Assembly (NCBI GenBank): GCA_036172245.1 | Contig: JAYWIR010000019.1 | Location: forward strand, 2,170,001 to 2,234,000 | DNA length: 64,000 nt | Origin: Raillietiella orientalis | Lineage: Eukaryota | Reading direction: 5' to 3' | Part shown: piece by piece, positions 12,123 to 25,440 of the stretch | Position numbering within the stretch: the first letter of the stretch is position 1 | How the letters are laid out: the number at the start of each line of letters is the position of its first letter | Made by a program: the position numbers and the translations under genes | The notes under the pieces: generated by a model | What the model was told of the DNA's origin: nothing | Database searches by the model: none | The model's input: the letters and a program-made list of their open reading frames with translations, nothing else

Positions 12123-14943
12123 GGTGGCTCTGATGAGGCTCATATCACTGCGGCGAGAGGGGGACCAGTCCTCGCCTGACCACCAAGCGACGACGAAATG
12201 GCAGCGTGGTCCTGCGAGAGCCTCAAACACATCTCAGAACAAAAACTTGACTCTGGATGGTGCACCACGCAGCCCTGAAAGCGTACGGTCTCTGCCAGCA
12301 CAGATTCCACCATGAGCTCGCTCTTCGGGGCGAAGATATGCAAGCACTCTCTTATCTTCGTGGATTAGCGCGCGCATCACTGGTAGGAGGACGGTCCTGT
12401 ACTTCGAAACCGCAGATCGGCTCGAGATAAGGCACGCACGGACTTTCCAGGCGCTCATCACCCTGAGCACTTTTACTTTTAATTGGCCCAGTTCGCTCCG
12501 ACGTGTCAGGCCTGCCCCGTGGGCGCGCGCGCGGGTGATCCAGATTTTCTGGTCGGCAGGCGGAGAGGAGATGCCCGAGAAAAATACGGCCTCCGCTTCT
12601 TCGCTAGCGCTTCCTCCTCGGAACCTCCCCCGCTGCCGCTCCTCGCCTTCGGTGAAAGCGGGAAGAGAGGCAGAGAGCGCCGTGGGCGCGGGTCCCGCGG
12701 AGATGCCGCCCCCTTGGACGCTTCTGGATCTTTCCTGAACCGGGAGGCCCGTCACCAGGCAACGATCGTCCTTCTCCTCCCTCCGCCGACGGGCATCCCT
12801 CTGGTGCCCATTCGAGCTCCGAAAGGAAAAAAAAAAAATACAAAGCAAGCAACATCCGCCGCCGCCGATCTCATTCAAGTCGCTCGCGCCAGCGGTCAGA
12901 TGCGACGCGATCGGCGCGCTTCAGCGGCAGCGGACCGAAGCTTTATCTAGTGAGGAGGTGGACGAGGGGAAATTCGAGAGCAGCGGGCCGAACCCGCGCT
13001 CTCGCGCCGGCCCCCCTTTTGGTTCGGTGGCGGTGGCTGCAGGCCGAAGGGGCAGACGTGGGTCAGCTGACCATCTGAGCGGGTAGAGAGCGCGAGAGAG
13101 AGTCGGAAGCGGGCGGTACCTCCCGCGGTCTCCCTAGAGGACCGCCGGCGGGAGGTCCCCCAGGAAGGGGGAGGAGAGAGGGTGGAGGAGGGGGAGGCGT
13201 TGCCTCTACCCCGGGGTGTGCTCGGGCAGAACGGGTGCTGCGCTCTTCCGGGTGCCGGCATGGCAAAAGAAGGACGAGCGCTTATCCCCATCTCCCCATC
13301 CCTCGCTTATACCGGCGCCAAGGTTCCCTTCGGCTCGGATTTTTTCTGCGGGGATCTCCCGCGAGACTCCTCCGGAATTTCGGGTGCACTGGGAGTGGAC
13401 GTGCCCTCCCTCTCTCGGCGAGTCCTTGGATGTCCGGGTGCCGTCTTCGCTTGCTCGAGCAGTGCGGCACGTAGGGAGGCTGCACCATCGCTCCGATGCC
13501 CACTCTCCGGTCGCGGAACAGGCAGGGGAGTTGAGGTCAGACTCGGGGACGGCACCGAGCGCATCCGAGGAGGTGCGCTCGGGCGGAAGTGGGGGGGAGA
13601 AAGCAGCTGGTTTGAGACCAGAGGCCCCTCGGATGCTGCGTGCTTCAGGACCACGAGCGCCTTCCAGCTGCCCTCCCGAGACTCCTCGGGAAGGAAGGAA
13701 CCCGCCGGAAAGAAGGAGCGGGGCAGCCACCGGACGGGAGGCAGCGGCAAACACCGCGCGCGTTCGTTGACACTGACGAAGGCCTCGCAGATGCTGTTGC
13801 CGGGCGACCGCCCGGACTGCAGAGGGAGCGGGGAGGGGGAGGAGGGAACGGTGTGCTGTGTGCCGGAAAGGTGGGCACCGGCAGCCCCCCCGCGCCCTCC
13901 CGGGGGACTTCGCGAGACGCTTCCTACCGGGAGGCGAAGCAGAGGTGCCAATCGAAGGGAATGTGCAGCCCTTTCGGAAAGGCGGCGGCGTTCCGGAACA
14001 AGTGGGCTCCGGGAGCTTTCATTGGCTCGGTGGGAAGACAGTCTTCAAGTGCCCACCATTTCTCCCCCCCCCCCCACCTCCCTCTTCTTCTCCCCCTCTC
14101 TCCGACCCCGGGAAAGTCACCTTCACTTTCGTGAAAATCGGACCGAATGCCCCATTCCGCCTTTCCTGTTGTCTTGGCAACGCCGCGAGCCCCTCTTTCC
14201 CCTGCCGGACTCCATAGGAAAACGCGAATGGAAGAGACAGCGAAACACGGGAACAGGGCAATCGGAAAAAACAGGAGAATTCGGTTCTGGGCAGGAAGGG
14301 GGAGGAAGAGGAGTGGTCACTCTTGCTCCTGGGAGGTTCCTGAAATTCCGAGGCGACGGCGGAGATGGGGTGTAGTCTGGAGATCCCCTGCTTCCCTCTT
14401 CCCTCTACCACCACCACCCCAGACCCCCGACTGCAGCGCCGCCGCGGGCGCATAGCGCGCATCACGGAACAAGCACGTGCCCTCTAGAGCACGAGGGAAG
14501 CGGCTTGCCTGGGGGTGGTGACGAGAACGGTCAAGACACGCCGCCGACGGGGCCGGGCAGGCCAAGAATGCTGCGCGCCAGACGGGATGTGCGGGCAGTC
14601 TCCAAACGCACGCGCTCGGCAGAGACCGCTCCGGGGAAAAACTTTGGCAGGAGGGTTCCTCCCTGCGTCTCTGCGGGCGGCACGGGTAAACGACGGACGA
14701 CTCACCCTCCCTTCTTCCTTCTTCCCCCGGCTCCTGACAAGTGGATATAGGGGGGAGGTTGCCGAAATCGAGGTTTATTCCAGCTGAGAATCGTTGGAGC
14801 TTCCGGTGAGCACCGGAAGGGGGAGGTCAGCCTAGTGTTTCTGCGCGAAGCGCCTGCGGAAGACGCGCAGGCGCTTCCAGGTTTGGGATGGCGTCGCGTC
14901 ACTGGTCGAAGGAAAAGACGCTGGCGATATCTCCCTGGTCCGC

Positions 14944-15208
14944 TCATCTGCTCGAGCCCACCGCCTTCCTCCTGGGAAACCTCACTCTCTCGAGGATGCT
15001 CTTGAAGACGCTTGCCACCCGGTGCTGCATCTTTTCTTGCCTATTCGCCATGGAGTCCAGGGCGGCGATCAGGTTGCTGATGTCGTCGGGGCAACGAGGA
15101 TAGAGGCTCCGGCAGTATTTCGGGTGAGTCATCTGGGTCCCCATGTAAGCAGCGTGGGTGTAGCGATACGAGTTCATGCTCGCGATGTCCAAGATGAGAT
15201 CAGCAACT
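14944..15208 (-). CDS. DM4/DM12-like A, exon 3 (CRSLYPRCP, stop)
   Basis: tttcacgttttcag|A GTT GCT..., 265 nt to TGA. Confidence 0.85.
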
Positions 15209-18200
15209 CTGAAAACGTGAAAGACATTTAGTCGTTTTGCACGGACGGCGCGAACGAGGCGCCGAAAATGAGGGCAACTGACTCGCATCCTCATCCTGGC
15301 AAGCCAAGATGGCATACGAGACTAATGCGGACGCGGAAAAACCCACGGTTGCCGGAACCTATGGTCCAAGAGAAAATCGAGAAGATGGGGAGGAGGAAAC
15401 CTACGATTCAGGAGGAAGATGAGGAGGAGACGGGGAGGAGGAACCTACGGTCCTCCTCTTCTTCTTCAAGGGTTCCCATGATCTGTGAAGCACGACATCA
15501 GTTATCTGTCCGCTTTGGAGGACGCCTGGCATGAAAGGAACGCCGACATTCGGTGAGCGGCCAACTCCCTAAACTCAGGAATGAGTCTGCTATTCCTCTC
15601 TGCCCTCCCAGGAACTTCACTGTTCCCCTCTCTTGCCCTCCGGGCACTCGAGTGCAACCTCGGAGGCCAGCGTCAACACAGAACGGGAACACCTCCGCGA
15701 AAGCATCCTCCGGAATCCGAAGCAGCGGGGGAGCATCCTCCACGTCAAAGACCTTCGGGACGAGGAACGGCCATCTCTTGCTGCCGTGAGCTCCTTTCTT
15801 GCGTTCATCTTCAGTTTTGCCCGCACCCGCAAGACAGGAGCACTTCCTCCAGCATCTCCGGAGCGTCTCGCTGGTGCCCTCCCTGCAGGGCGGGTCTTCA
15901 AGGAGGGAGACAGATCGAAGCTTTTGCTCGGAAAGCCGGTGGTGAAAACAACAAGGCAGAGAGCGTCCTTCAGCTCCAGGCTTCCGAACGCTCCCTCTCA
16001 CAGGAGCGATCAATCATGCGCCTGGGATCACCTGCCAGACGCCCGCTGAACTTGAGCCTGCCCAATTAGCGTGCGACTGGAACGAAGCCTCAGTCAAGAA
16101 TGATGGGTTTGCCGGCACCCTTTTCGGCTCAGCCAGCATCTTTCTCCTCCTGCAGAGTGGTGGGCTGGAGTCTGCGATTCGCTCTCAACTGCAACTGCGT
16201 TGGTCAGCTCCTGGCTCTCTCGGAAGGCTGCAGACCACACCCCAGGCTGGCGGTGCTTTCTTCTGGACGCTAGAGGTGCACGATGACCTTCCAGAAGAAG
16301 CTGAGTCTTCTCCCGTTCAGCACTGCCGTTTCCAATGCACAGACTTTGCTTACTCGACGGCTGTCAAGGCTGGTGCACTGCACGCACACCTTCATGAAAC
16401 ATGGGGGAGGGAGGAGGGTCACCGAAAAGAAAAAAAGGCGAAGGAAAGGAGTACGATGCCCTGAGAGACCTGATTTAAAACTAGAAGCGGTGGAGACACC
16501 ACGAATCTGTGATTCTCTGAGGCTGCCGGCTGTCGCTTCTCAAGCGGAAGGGGTGCAAGGCTAGTCGCAAGAAATTCTTCGCCACATTTTCGATCTGAAC
16601 ATTTCCAAGACGATGGGCAGGTGTGAAAGGGTTGGGGGGGGGGAGGAGGAGTGCAGTCCGCTCAAAGAAGGGCGTGACCTTTTCACTCCTTGACAGAGCT
16701 GATTTGCATTAAAGAATCTGCGCAGACAACCATCTCGCGCTTCACTCGAATCGATTCCAGAAGGTCGTCTTCCAGAACATCTACCGTGTTCCTCTATGGG
16801 CCTCTCTGTGAACTCCACACGGCTGTTGTCACCTGCTCTGCCAACGTCAGGTGGGGAGGAATCGGGGGGGGGGAGGGGGAAGCACACGCATGAGTTATGG
16901 GGAAGCGTGCGTCACGTGATGACGACACGGTCGAGTTCCTTCTGATGCAGCGGACTGCGCTGAGCCCCCGTGCTCGAGGACGCGCGTCAAAGATTGGCAG
17001 TCCGTGTTCAGCCGAAATTTGGACGCCTCGCAATCGACCGCTGCTCCCGGATGGACTCTTGCGAACACACACGCACACTCACACCCACACCCACACACAC
17101 ACACTAGGAAAAAAAGGAACCGTCAGTGCACTCCTCAGGAGGGAAGCTAAGACACGCCTGCGCACACGCCTTTTTGTGAGGCTTTCCGTGAAAGCTGAGG
17201 CTCCACTGGGCAACCTGACCGCAGATCCCTTCAGGGAAAACATCGTTCGAAAGAGCAAGGAAGAAGTCAGCCGCCTGCTCTTGCAAACAGGAGGAGCTCG
17301 AAGCAAGTCTTCGGCGCCCAAACCTGATCGCGACCCGTCATCCGTGAAGGGGTCACTTGAAACCGGCACGACGGATGTCCGACTTAGCGGCCGAGCATCG
17401 GAGAGAGCCTCGACGCGGGGCAGTCCTGCGCGGCTCTGCCTGCGCAATGGGTCGAGCAGGTCCGGTCTGGTAGGTCCGCCCCGCGATAACCCAGCGCAGT
17501 GAAGCTCGGGCGGAGAGGGATGCAGACAGCTCATCTTCTCTGGAATTTCAAAGTGTTCTGTGCTGGAACTCTGCTCCTGAGATCAAAAGGAGGGGACGCC
17601 TTCCCGCCGCCCGCTGTCACGAACCGTTTCCGAGATTCATCGTAGCGGCCGAGTGGCCCCCCGTGGCAATCCCAAACCCTCCTTGAACCTCGTCCGTGGA
17701 CAGTCTCTTCCCATCTGCCCTCCAGAACTCCGTCCTCGGGGTTACGAAGCTTCCAGTCTGGACTGTGATACATTCGGGAGCAGAAGATGCTGCACACTTT
17801 TGCACTACACCAGTTTCTCTTCTTTCTCCCCTCCCCTCTCTCTCGTCCTCCTGAAGACTGTGCTAGCAGAAAGGGCGTTGGATCCGGCAGGTCTTCCGAG
17901 CGCCTCCGTTGCAGAAGTGGATCGATACTTTAGTCCCGGAGTGGGTTCCTGGGATCGCGTGTAAAACAGTGCAGGAAAAGGAAACTCGCGTCCTCCAGCC
18001 AAGCAGTCCACAGCCGACAGCTTCCGCGCCGGGAAAGGAGTGGAATGGGGGAAGAGAGTGCGCTCTCTTCGATGAAAACACTAGACGTGACCCGGCGGAA
18101 CTTGGGAAGCCAAAGACGGACTTTCTCTCTGGCGACCCCTGCAAGTAAACGCCACGGATCCCGAAGGCGGGTAAGAGCCCTGCCTTCCTGTGTGGACAGA

Positions 18201-21200
18201 GCGCCCACGAGGTCCTCCGTACTCTCTGATCCGGGGCCTCTTCCGCGCGAGGGCATGTTCCAGCCCTTGATGGCTTCGCAAGGAGGGATGCGTCGCTGTC
18301 CGGCTCTGGTTGCCTGGCAGCGGAAGCAAAGAGCGGAGTTTTCCCCTTGCCTCCTTCATCTTCGGACTCCCCACTTCTCAGGGCTCCGCTCCCGGGGTGC
18401 CTCTTGAGGGGGACGACCCCGGAGAGCTCTTTACGCAGAAGCGGTTTGTTTGGCTCGACGACCTTGTGAGACCCTCGTGCGCTCCCCGAGGACAGAGCAT
18501 ACTGGCGGCGTGCAGCCGCCGACTCTGCCCGTCCCCGAACCCGCTGAAGTCGGAACGGGCTGGAAGCGGATGGAGCTGCCGCTTACTCCGTTTACTTCTG
18601 CACGGAATGGGATCCAGCGGAGCTCCTTTCCTCCTGTCTGCTCCCTGGGGAGGGGCATCCGGGAGCATGGACGGGCAGCTCGAGCCGCGCCGGGATCCCC
18701 GAGGAGCTGCCGCGGGGTCGGGAAAGAAGGCGCTGCGAAGCGACAGTCGGTCGCGCACAGACTAAGGGAGAGAGGTGGATGGGGACTTTCGGGGAAGAGG
18801 CCACCCAGGATCGGGAGTGATACGAGCATCGTTCAGGAACTGGGACGGGACAGGATGGGCAGCAGGGAAAGCGCCGTCCACTGCCCTGTTCGGCGCTTGG
18901 CCTGCGCGAGCGCCTGGCAGGGAGCGGAGACCTCCCCTGCTCTCCCTTGGCCACAGCTCTGACAATCCACAGCCGCCGCTCGTTACATAGGGAAGGAAGG
19001 GGGAGGGAAAGGAAAAGGAACGCTCTAAGGATGCCGGAACGCGCATACCGGAAGTTGTCTGGAAGGAGAGAAGGAAGAGAAAGGGGAAGAAGAAACAAAA
19101 AATGGAACGAATGTTGCCAGCTGATCTGGCGGCAGCGAACGATTGGCCACTCCCCTCCTCCTCCATCCTTCCCACTTACGAAAGCAAGGAGCGCAGGCTG
19201 AAGGGGTTGAAATCCTCGGGAACCTCTCCTGCGTAGCGATTTGCCTTCTTGTCTTCGAGCGGAGGCCTCTTCGTGGTGGTCGCCATGTGCCTCCTGGCCG
19301 CCGTCTCGCAGAGAGTCCTCGGGATGCAGGAGTACCGGTCGTAGCGTGTGACGTTCCCCAGACTCTCATCCAGCCTCCCGATCAGAGTCAGGTCGATTTC
19401 GAAAGGCCTGGAAGGAGAGTGAGGTGGTCTCGCCCATCTCTAGAGAAGCCGTCTTTCCGGGGGAGTTCGGTCGAACCCAGGAAGGCGGGCTCGAGAGGGA
19501 CGGGGACGGGCAAATGAGGGAGATCGACTCGACCGGTAAAGGCGGGAGCGGGGGTAACGGTGAGAGGGGAGCGGCTCTTCCGCGAGCAACCCCGCGGAGG
19601 AACCCGACCGTCCCGTCAAAAAGGGGAGGTCGCGGCGAAAGAAGGGTTACGGAAGCTCGCCTCGCTGTGGAAAGGGAGGAGGAGGCGTGATCGGATCCCA
19701 GCCCCCAGCCTCTTCTCTTTTCTCTTGCCTTTCTCCCCCCTCTTCCTTCCATCCAAGGAAGGCATCCGTCCCGGAAACGGGGGCGGGAGAAGGAGGACTC
19801 GAGGGGAACCTTCCGTTTCCGGCACGACTGCCTGGGATCAACGGGGTCGTGCGCGTCTACTCCGCTGCCGGAAGGCGGACTTACTTCAGGTGCCTCAATC
19901 CCCTCCAGACAGCCGGAACACGTCTCTTTTTTTTTGTCAGGGAGGCATTCGTCTTCCCGTTCCCTTCCTCCCGTGTCTTCCCGTTTTTCCTGCCACCGCA
20001 CTTGGGAAGGTGTCTCCTTGTTCCTGGAGCCTAGAGGACCGGCCCACTCTCTTCTTCCGGGATGCTCCTTCCGGACAGCCCGCATCTTGGGGGCAGAGTG
20101 AGCCGGCGAAGGGGAGTGTCTCCCTTGCACCCCCGGCCGCTTTCCTCCCGGTGTGGGACTCCAGCGGGTCCTACAGCCCGCGCGCCGCACTCCCCGCCTT
20201 CCTCCCCTCCCAGAGCTCGGGGAGTCTGGAGCACCAAACAGGACGTTTGTGCGGGACGGGTCGGGCTCCTGTAACACATGGCTCCTGAGAATGGCTCTTC
20301 CGCCCTCTCCTCCCTGCCCCCTCGGGTCTCCGGTACTGCTACAGCAGCTTTCCACCTTTGAGACTGTCCTTTGAGACTCGCTGTCTGCCCCCGTATGTCC
20401 CCCTTCTCGCCTGTCTCGAGACCCTCAGAAGAAGGGGCACTCACCGGCGCCCTGCGGTTAGGCGCTCTCGGCCTCCCGTGCATGCTGTGGGACCCCGCGG
20501 ATGGAGGGAGACTGGGGAGAGAATCGGCAGTCGACTGACCGTGGCATCCGCGCCGCCAGCGCGGCGTCTCGCCAAGACAATCACCCGGAGACGCGTCTCA
20601 GTCCTCCATAGCCTTCCTTCCCCTCCTCTGAGAGCGTCGAGGTCACCAGAGGGCCAAGGAAGGCCGGGCTCGCGTCCGCCCCGAAAAGCTCCCGGCGTAT
20701 TTTTATTTTTTTTTGTTTAAAAAAAAAAAAGCCCCCAGCGTGCGGGCGCGGCGCCTGCGCAGAGAGACCGCTGCGCGACAGACCGAAAGCAGCGCCACCT
20801 TTACGCGCGCCCATGGCCGTCGTTAGGCAAGTGCCCGCACCGGAGGGTGGTCACTCCCTTCCTGAAGATTTCCGGCACCCTCGTCCTTCCGTCGGCTTTT
20901 CTGCCTCCAGCGACCTTCCGCTTCTCTCGACTCGAGACACCAGTGGAGGCGCACGGGGTGCTGTGAATGCCGCGGGCAGACCCTAGGGGCGCAGCGCGAG
21001 GGTCTGTCTGGCTCCGAGCACGATCGCTGCGAGCCGAAGGCTCCCGACGTGCATCTTCATCCGTCGGGAGAAGAGCGCGTGGACCAGCAGGCTGGATGCC
21101 GGTTGTCATCCGCGCAGTGCAGCCTTGCGGCGATATCCTCCCCGTGGATGAAGTGCCCCGGTGAAGGTCAACTGCAGCGCGGCGCCGGTGGTAGTGATGA

Positions 21201-24027
21201 ACGAGGGAGAAGAGGGGGTAGGAAGAGCGTGTTTCAAGGAGGACTTCGCTGGTAGTGAAGAGCGTGTTTTTCCTCCGAACCGATGGTTTGTACACCGTCA
21301 CTGTGCAGCTCCTTCCTTTCCCTCCCTTTTTTTTGCCAAGAGAGGGAACATCTCGGGGATTTTCGGGCCTGAATTCCAGCCTCAGCGGGGACTGGGAGAG
21401 GAGGCGCAGCAGCGGCGGTCAGATGCAGAAACGTCTGACGCCCGTCGCTCAAAACGCTATCTCTGTGCGCTCCAACGAAACAAAAGACGTGAGCATGTCC
21501 TAAGGGTTTCCGACTCCGCACTTTCGGCCTGCTTTGGACTGCCGCCAGAGGCACGGCGGCAAGGTTCGCCTACAACGGCAGCTTCAGGCTGGATCTTGCA
21601 AAGAGAAATCGTTTTGCATCTTGCAAAGGGGAACCGAAACAGGAGGTAACTTTCTGCTTCGGGAAGAAGAGAGGGAGAGGATGGGAAATTGGGATTTCCG
21701 AATGCAGTGGACCCTGAACTTTTTTCCTTTTTTCCGGAAACGCACTGCTTTCTCCTCGTATTTCTGTTTTTCTTCCCCCATGCTGTTCTTCCAGAGTGTC
21801 TCCAGAAACACAGGAACGAGTGCGTAGCACTTTCGGCACTGTGACTCTCCGTGGTTTGCCTTTCTCCACCTAGATGGCACAAGAGTATCTCCAGAATTCA
21901 ATCGAGGCGCGTACCTTCGGAGAACAGCAGCAAGAACGCAAAACCGAACTTGTGTATCTTTTGATGCGATCCACTGAAGAATGCAGATGCGAAGGAAGCG
22001 CAATAAGGCAAAAAATGGCAATAGATTAAAGGGAGCGCGAGAGAGGCCGCCATGTGCCGGTTAGCAACGAATGAGACCTTTCCGATCACGAACGATGCAG
22101 TAGTCACCAGACCGAAACTTGTGAAAGACAAATAAACTGGACCAGATGAAGAAGAAGAAGAAGAAGAAAGGGGGGGAGGGAGAGAAATTGAGGTTTGATT
22201 TCCCACCCACGCGAGACGGAAATCCGCAGGCGAGGCAGCGGTCCCGTGCGCGCCAAGCCTCCATCTCCTTTTACTCTTCCCATCCGGCAGCATCCTGAGC
22301 TTTTTGCGTATGGGTGTGAACTCAAGATGTGACGGGTGAGGACAAAGTCCTAGACCCCGCGGGTCTTTCCGACCGCGATTTCACCCGGGAAGGGAGAGCA
22401 AGGAAGAGATTCGAATTCCCGGAAATGGCAGCAGCGGTCCTCTCTGTCCCGCGGAGAGAGGCAGGGAAGGTAGCTGCAGTGGTCCAAGGGGCTGCTGGGG
22501 CGATCGCGATGGCGGTGTGCGTCCGAGGAGAAGAGGAGGGCAAAGGGGGAATCCCATCGTGTTTCATCCCGGCTCCGGACGCTAGAAACCATCTCATTCT
22601 GCGGTCAGGAAGGCTGACCCTGAGCCTGGTCCAGACTCCAGGAAGCGATGAGGTGTTATTTATAAAAAATCTTGAAAGCAGTTTTGAAATATTCTTTGAT
22701 TTATATTAAATCCCAAATGTTCAGACGTAATATGTCAGAGCATGCGCATCCTGGTAACCGGAGCCGGACTGCGCATGCTCTGACAGTGTCTCCCGGGAAA
22801 CAAGGGAGAAAAGAAAGAACGGTGCAACAGGAGATCCCCACCAGATCGCCCCAGCGCTGTTTCGCAATCTTGGGGGCAGGGACAGGTCGGCCGTCCAGAT
22901 GCGATGGTCCAGATTTCGGGATGCTGAGGGATCCCGACCCACGTCTCCTGCCTCCGGGAGCATCGTGCTCTAGCAGGCAGCACGGGTACAGCAGGAAAAA
23001 TGGCCGCTGGTCCTGCGCGCTGTCCCATTGGACCGGGGAGAGGCACGGGGCGCGAACAACCCCAGGTCGCGACGGCACGCAGTCGTCTCTCGAGAGATCG
23101 CGCTCGCCAAAGAGGACGCCGGAGGCGAAAAGAGGAGGAGCAAGTTGCCGGGCGAGCGAGCGGGTCTTCGGATGCGCTCCGCAACGCCTGTCTGCGCTCC
23201 TTCTTCCCCCATCTGACCTCTCTCTGTTCCGGAAGCTGCATGAGCATGATGGAGATAACGAATCCGTCCAAAGGCGCGGCACGAATGCAGGGACGAGGAG
23301 GGACTTTTCATCCCAGCGCCTCTTCCGACTACCTGCCAAACGAACGCTAGCTTTCCAATGCCGCTGTAGGTCCTTCCGGCCGTCTCGTCGCTCTTGCCCA
23401 GGGGAATGGGAGGGAACGGTCGCCTTGGCACCGTCCGTGACGATTTCCTCTTTCCTCCGCACAAAGACGGGCGGGAGGGGGTCGCGTCCTCTAGGAGGAA
23501 GTGCTGCCACTGCGCGAGCAGCCGCGACTATCGCGGTTCAGCACACACTCCAGAGATGGCAGGGCGGCTCCCGCAACTCGCAGAAGTGTTCGAGGGACTG
23601 CTGCGCTTCCATCCCTCGGCTCGCTCTCACACTCAGGGGGTCAGCCAGCCTCCCCGAAAAGGTGGCTCCGACAACGAAATCGCTAAGCAGGAGAGAAAGA
23701 ATCCCGGAATCTCCTGCACGCTTACGCCGCTACACTCCCCTCCCGTAACAGGCTGGATGCTCTGAAGAGCAAGCTCAGCTGCGCCAGCACAGGGCTGTCC
23801 GGGTTTGCCTCGCGAAGAAGGGCAGGGAGGGAGGAAGGGGGGAAGACAGCGCGAGGGAGGAAGGAAGGGGTGGTGCCAGACAGGGGTGCCAGTTTGGGGT
23901 TACGGACTTACTCGCTCTGCCTGCTGATCGCGCCCATTCGCCTTCGAAAGCTCTGGAAAGAGTTCCTCAAGCTGCTGATGCCGGCTGCAGAGACGACGGA
24001 GAGCAGCATCACAACAAAGGGGAGCAT
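14944..24027 (-). CDS. Secreted DM4/DM12-like protein, paralogue A; 3 coding exons, 202 aa
   Basis: complement(join(14944..15208,19180..19407,23912..24027)) = 609 nt, open frame. Signal peptide MLPFVVMLLSVVSAA; core RLDESLGNVTRYDRYSCIPRTLCE; C-terminal YTHAAYMG..KYCRSLYPRCP. This is the C-x2-R-x2-CE ... A-x3-G-x-C-x3-Y-x2-CP pattern of the arthropod DM4/DM12 family. Both donors are gtaagt and both introns are phase 2. Confidence 0.82.
15950..16800 (-). pseudogene. Fossil MULE transposase in intron 2 of gene A
   Basis: REMVVCAD..LL*ADCT (DGT-like), VCALETAVLNGRRLSF (TDFE.A..NA-like), SEAWS*RT; many stops. Confidence 0.45.
17065..17105. repeat. Imperfect (CA)n microsatellite
   Basis: Direct reading. 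Confidence 0.9.
19180..19407 (-). CDS. DM4/DM12-like A, exon 2 (CIPRTLCE)
   Basis: ctccttccag|G...TC|gtaagt, 228 nt, no stops; this frame is absent from the ORF track. Confidence 0.85.
20570..21040. repeat. Dispersed GC-rich repeat, copy 1 (unclassified)
   Basis: Collinear, roughly 70% similar to 29228-29640 (acgcgtctc.gtcctcca, gcgtcgagg, gaccgctgcgcgac.gaccgaaagcag, gtgcccgcac, gtctggctccgagcacg). Confidence 0.8.
23912..24027 (-). CDS. DM4/DM12-like A, exon 1 (signal peptide)
   Basis: 116 nt, ATG to GA|gtaagt, phase 2. Confidence 0.72.
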
Positions 24028-25134
24028 CTCTTTGCTCAGCACATGCGGCGGCGGAAACTCCTGGAGCCGTGCGGCAATCCGTGTGCCCCGTGCCAAAAAA
24101 GAAAGGAAAGAGGAAAAAGAAATCAAGGGGATTCCTCCTCGGCCACCTTAGTCTTGGATTGTCACCAGATCAGAGAGTGCCCATCGGAAGCACCTTAGCT
24201 GCACTGCTCATCCCTTTCTCCCGGAGGCGTCATTTATGCTGCGTCCCAGTAAGATGCGATTTTCTAGGTCTGTGTTGCGGATGTGGGTTACGAGTTGCCC
24301 GCCGGACAGAGGGGAGGTGCCTACTCGCTCGGCGGACCCACATATCCGGGCCGACCTCATCGAGGGGGGAAAAGCCACGGGTTCCCATCTGGGGGTGTTG
24401 CGCGTCCAGTGACATCCCCGGTGAAGGGGAGAGGGAAATGGGAGCAGCGACACCCCCTTGCCAATCGGTCTCGCCAGCTCTCCCTCGGGTCAGCTACGGT
24501 GGCAGCTGACCTGCTGTCCTGCTTGTCAGACTTCTCTCTCATCGCCGTCGCTACGCTTTCCACTTTCGCGATCACCTCTTCGCCGGCCGGAAGGGCGCGC
24601 CAGGGGCAGCAGCCTGCGACTCTCTCCGACGCGCCACCTCGACTCAGACACGTCCTCCCACCCGATCTCCGCTACCCATCCACCCACTCCTTCATTTTCA
24701 TTTCTTCCTATCTGCCAGCCGTTCATCCCATGGAAGTAATCCATCACCTCTCCTTCATTCCCTGGTCATTTCTCGCACTTCCTCTTCTCCATGGCTGCAG
24801 AACAGCGGCAGGGAATTCTGGAGAAAGCGCGATGTAGACCCACCCTGCTCCTCTTTTATTTATCCATTTTTTCTAAAGAGCAACATCTTTTCCTGCATCA
24901 GCGATCTACAGAGGTATACTTTGGTCCCTAGGTGAACAGTAAAGTGGCCAGTGAAAAAGTGGTTACCACTATGATTGCCAACCAGGACACCTCCCTTGCG
25001 CTCCTCAAATTCCTGATATCTTTGATTGTAGAAGCACGCGTGTGGGGATTGAAAGGGAGAGTAGAAGAACAAATCTACCAACATCATCTGGAGATGGGCA
25101 CGACACTTTTTGAATGGCACTCTCATCCTCAAAT

Positions 25135-25440
25135 TATTTCTTCTTCCTTGCTTTTCCCCTTTCTCCCTTCCTCTTTCTCCTCCATCAATCTGACGCGAAT
25201 CTTCCTCCGCCTCTTCCATCCTCTTCTCTTTTCTTCCTGTTTCTCCTCCACCCTTCCTGCTCTTATTCCCCCGCCTCTGTTCCTCCTTCTCCTCCGCCCT
25301 TCCACCGCCTCTGCTTCTCTCCTTTCATCCTTTTCTTGCTCCTCGTTTTCTCCTCCTCCCTTTCTCCTCCTTTTCCCCTCCTCCTCCTATGCTCCGTCCG
25401 CATGTTTTTTGTCGCCTTTGTTGCTGCTGCTGCTGCTGCC
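25135..25440. repeat. CT-rich low-complexity tract ending in (CTG)n
   Basis: Pyrimidine-rich TCC/TTC degenerate repeat. Confidence 0.85.

Noticed and set aside
13182..14375. Long ORFs such as 13182..14375, 22672..23748, 34052..35254, 39453..40445 and 46650..47627
   Set aside because: Expected by chance at this GC content; R/G/P/S-biased, overlapping ORFs in several frames, no recognisable domain or splice-consistent model.
16561..16887. Candidate extra exon of gene A (DGCLRRFF)
   Set aside because: Exon 19180-19407 supplies the true C..R..CE motif and phases; this region reads better as MULE debris.
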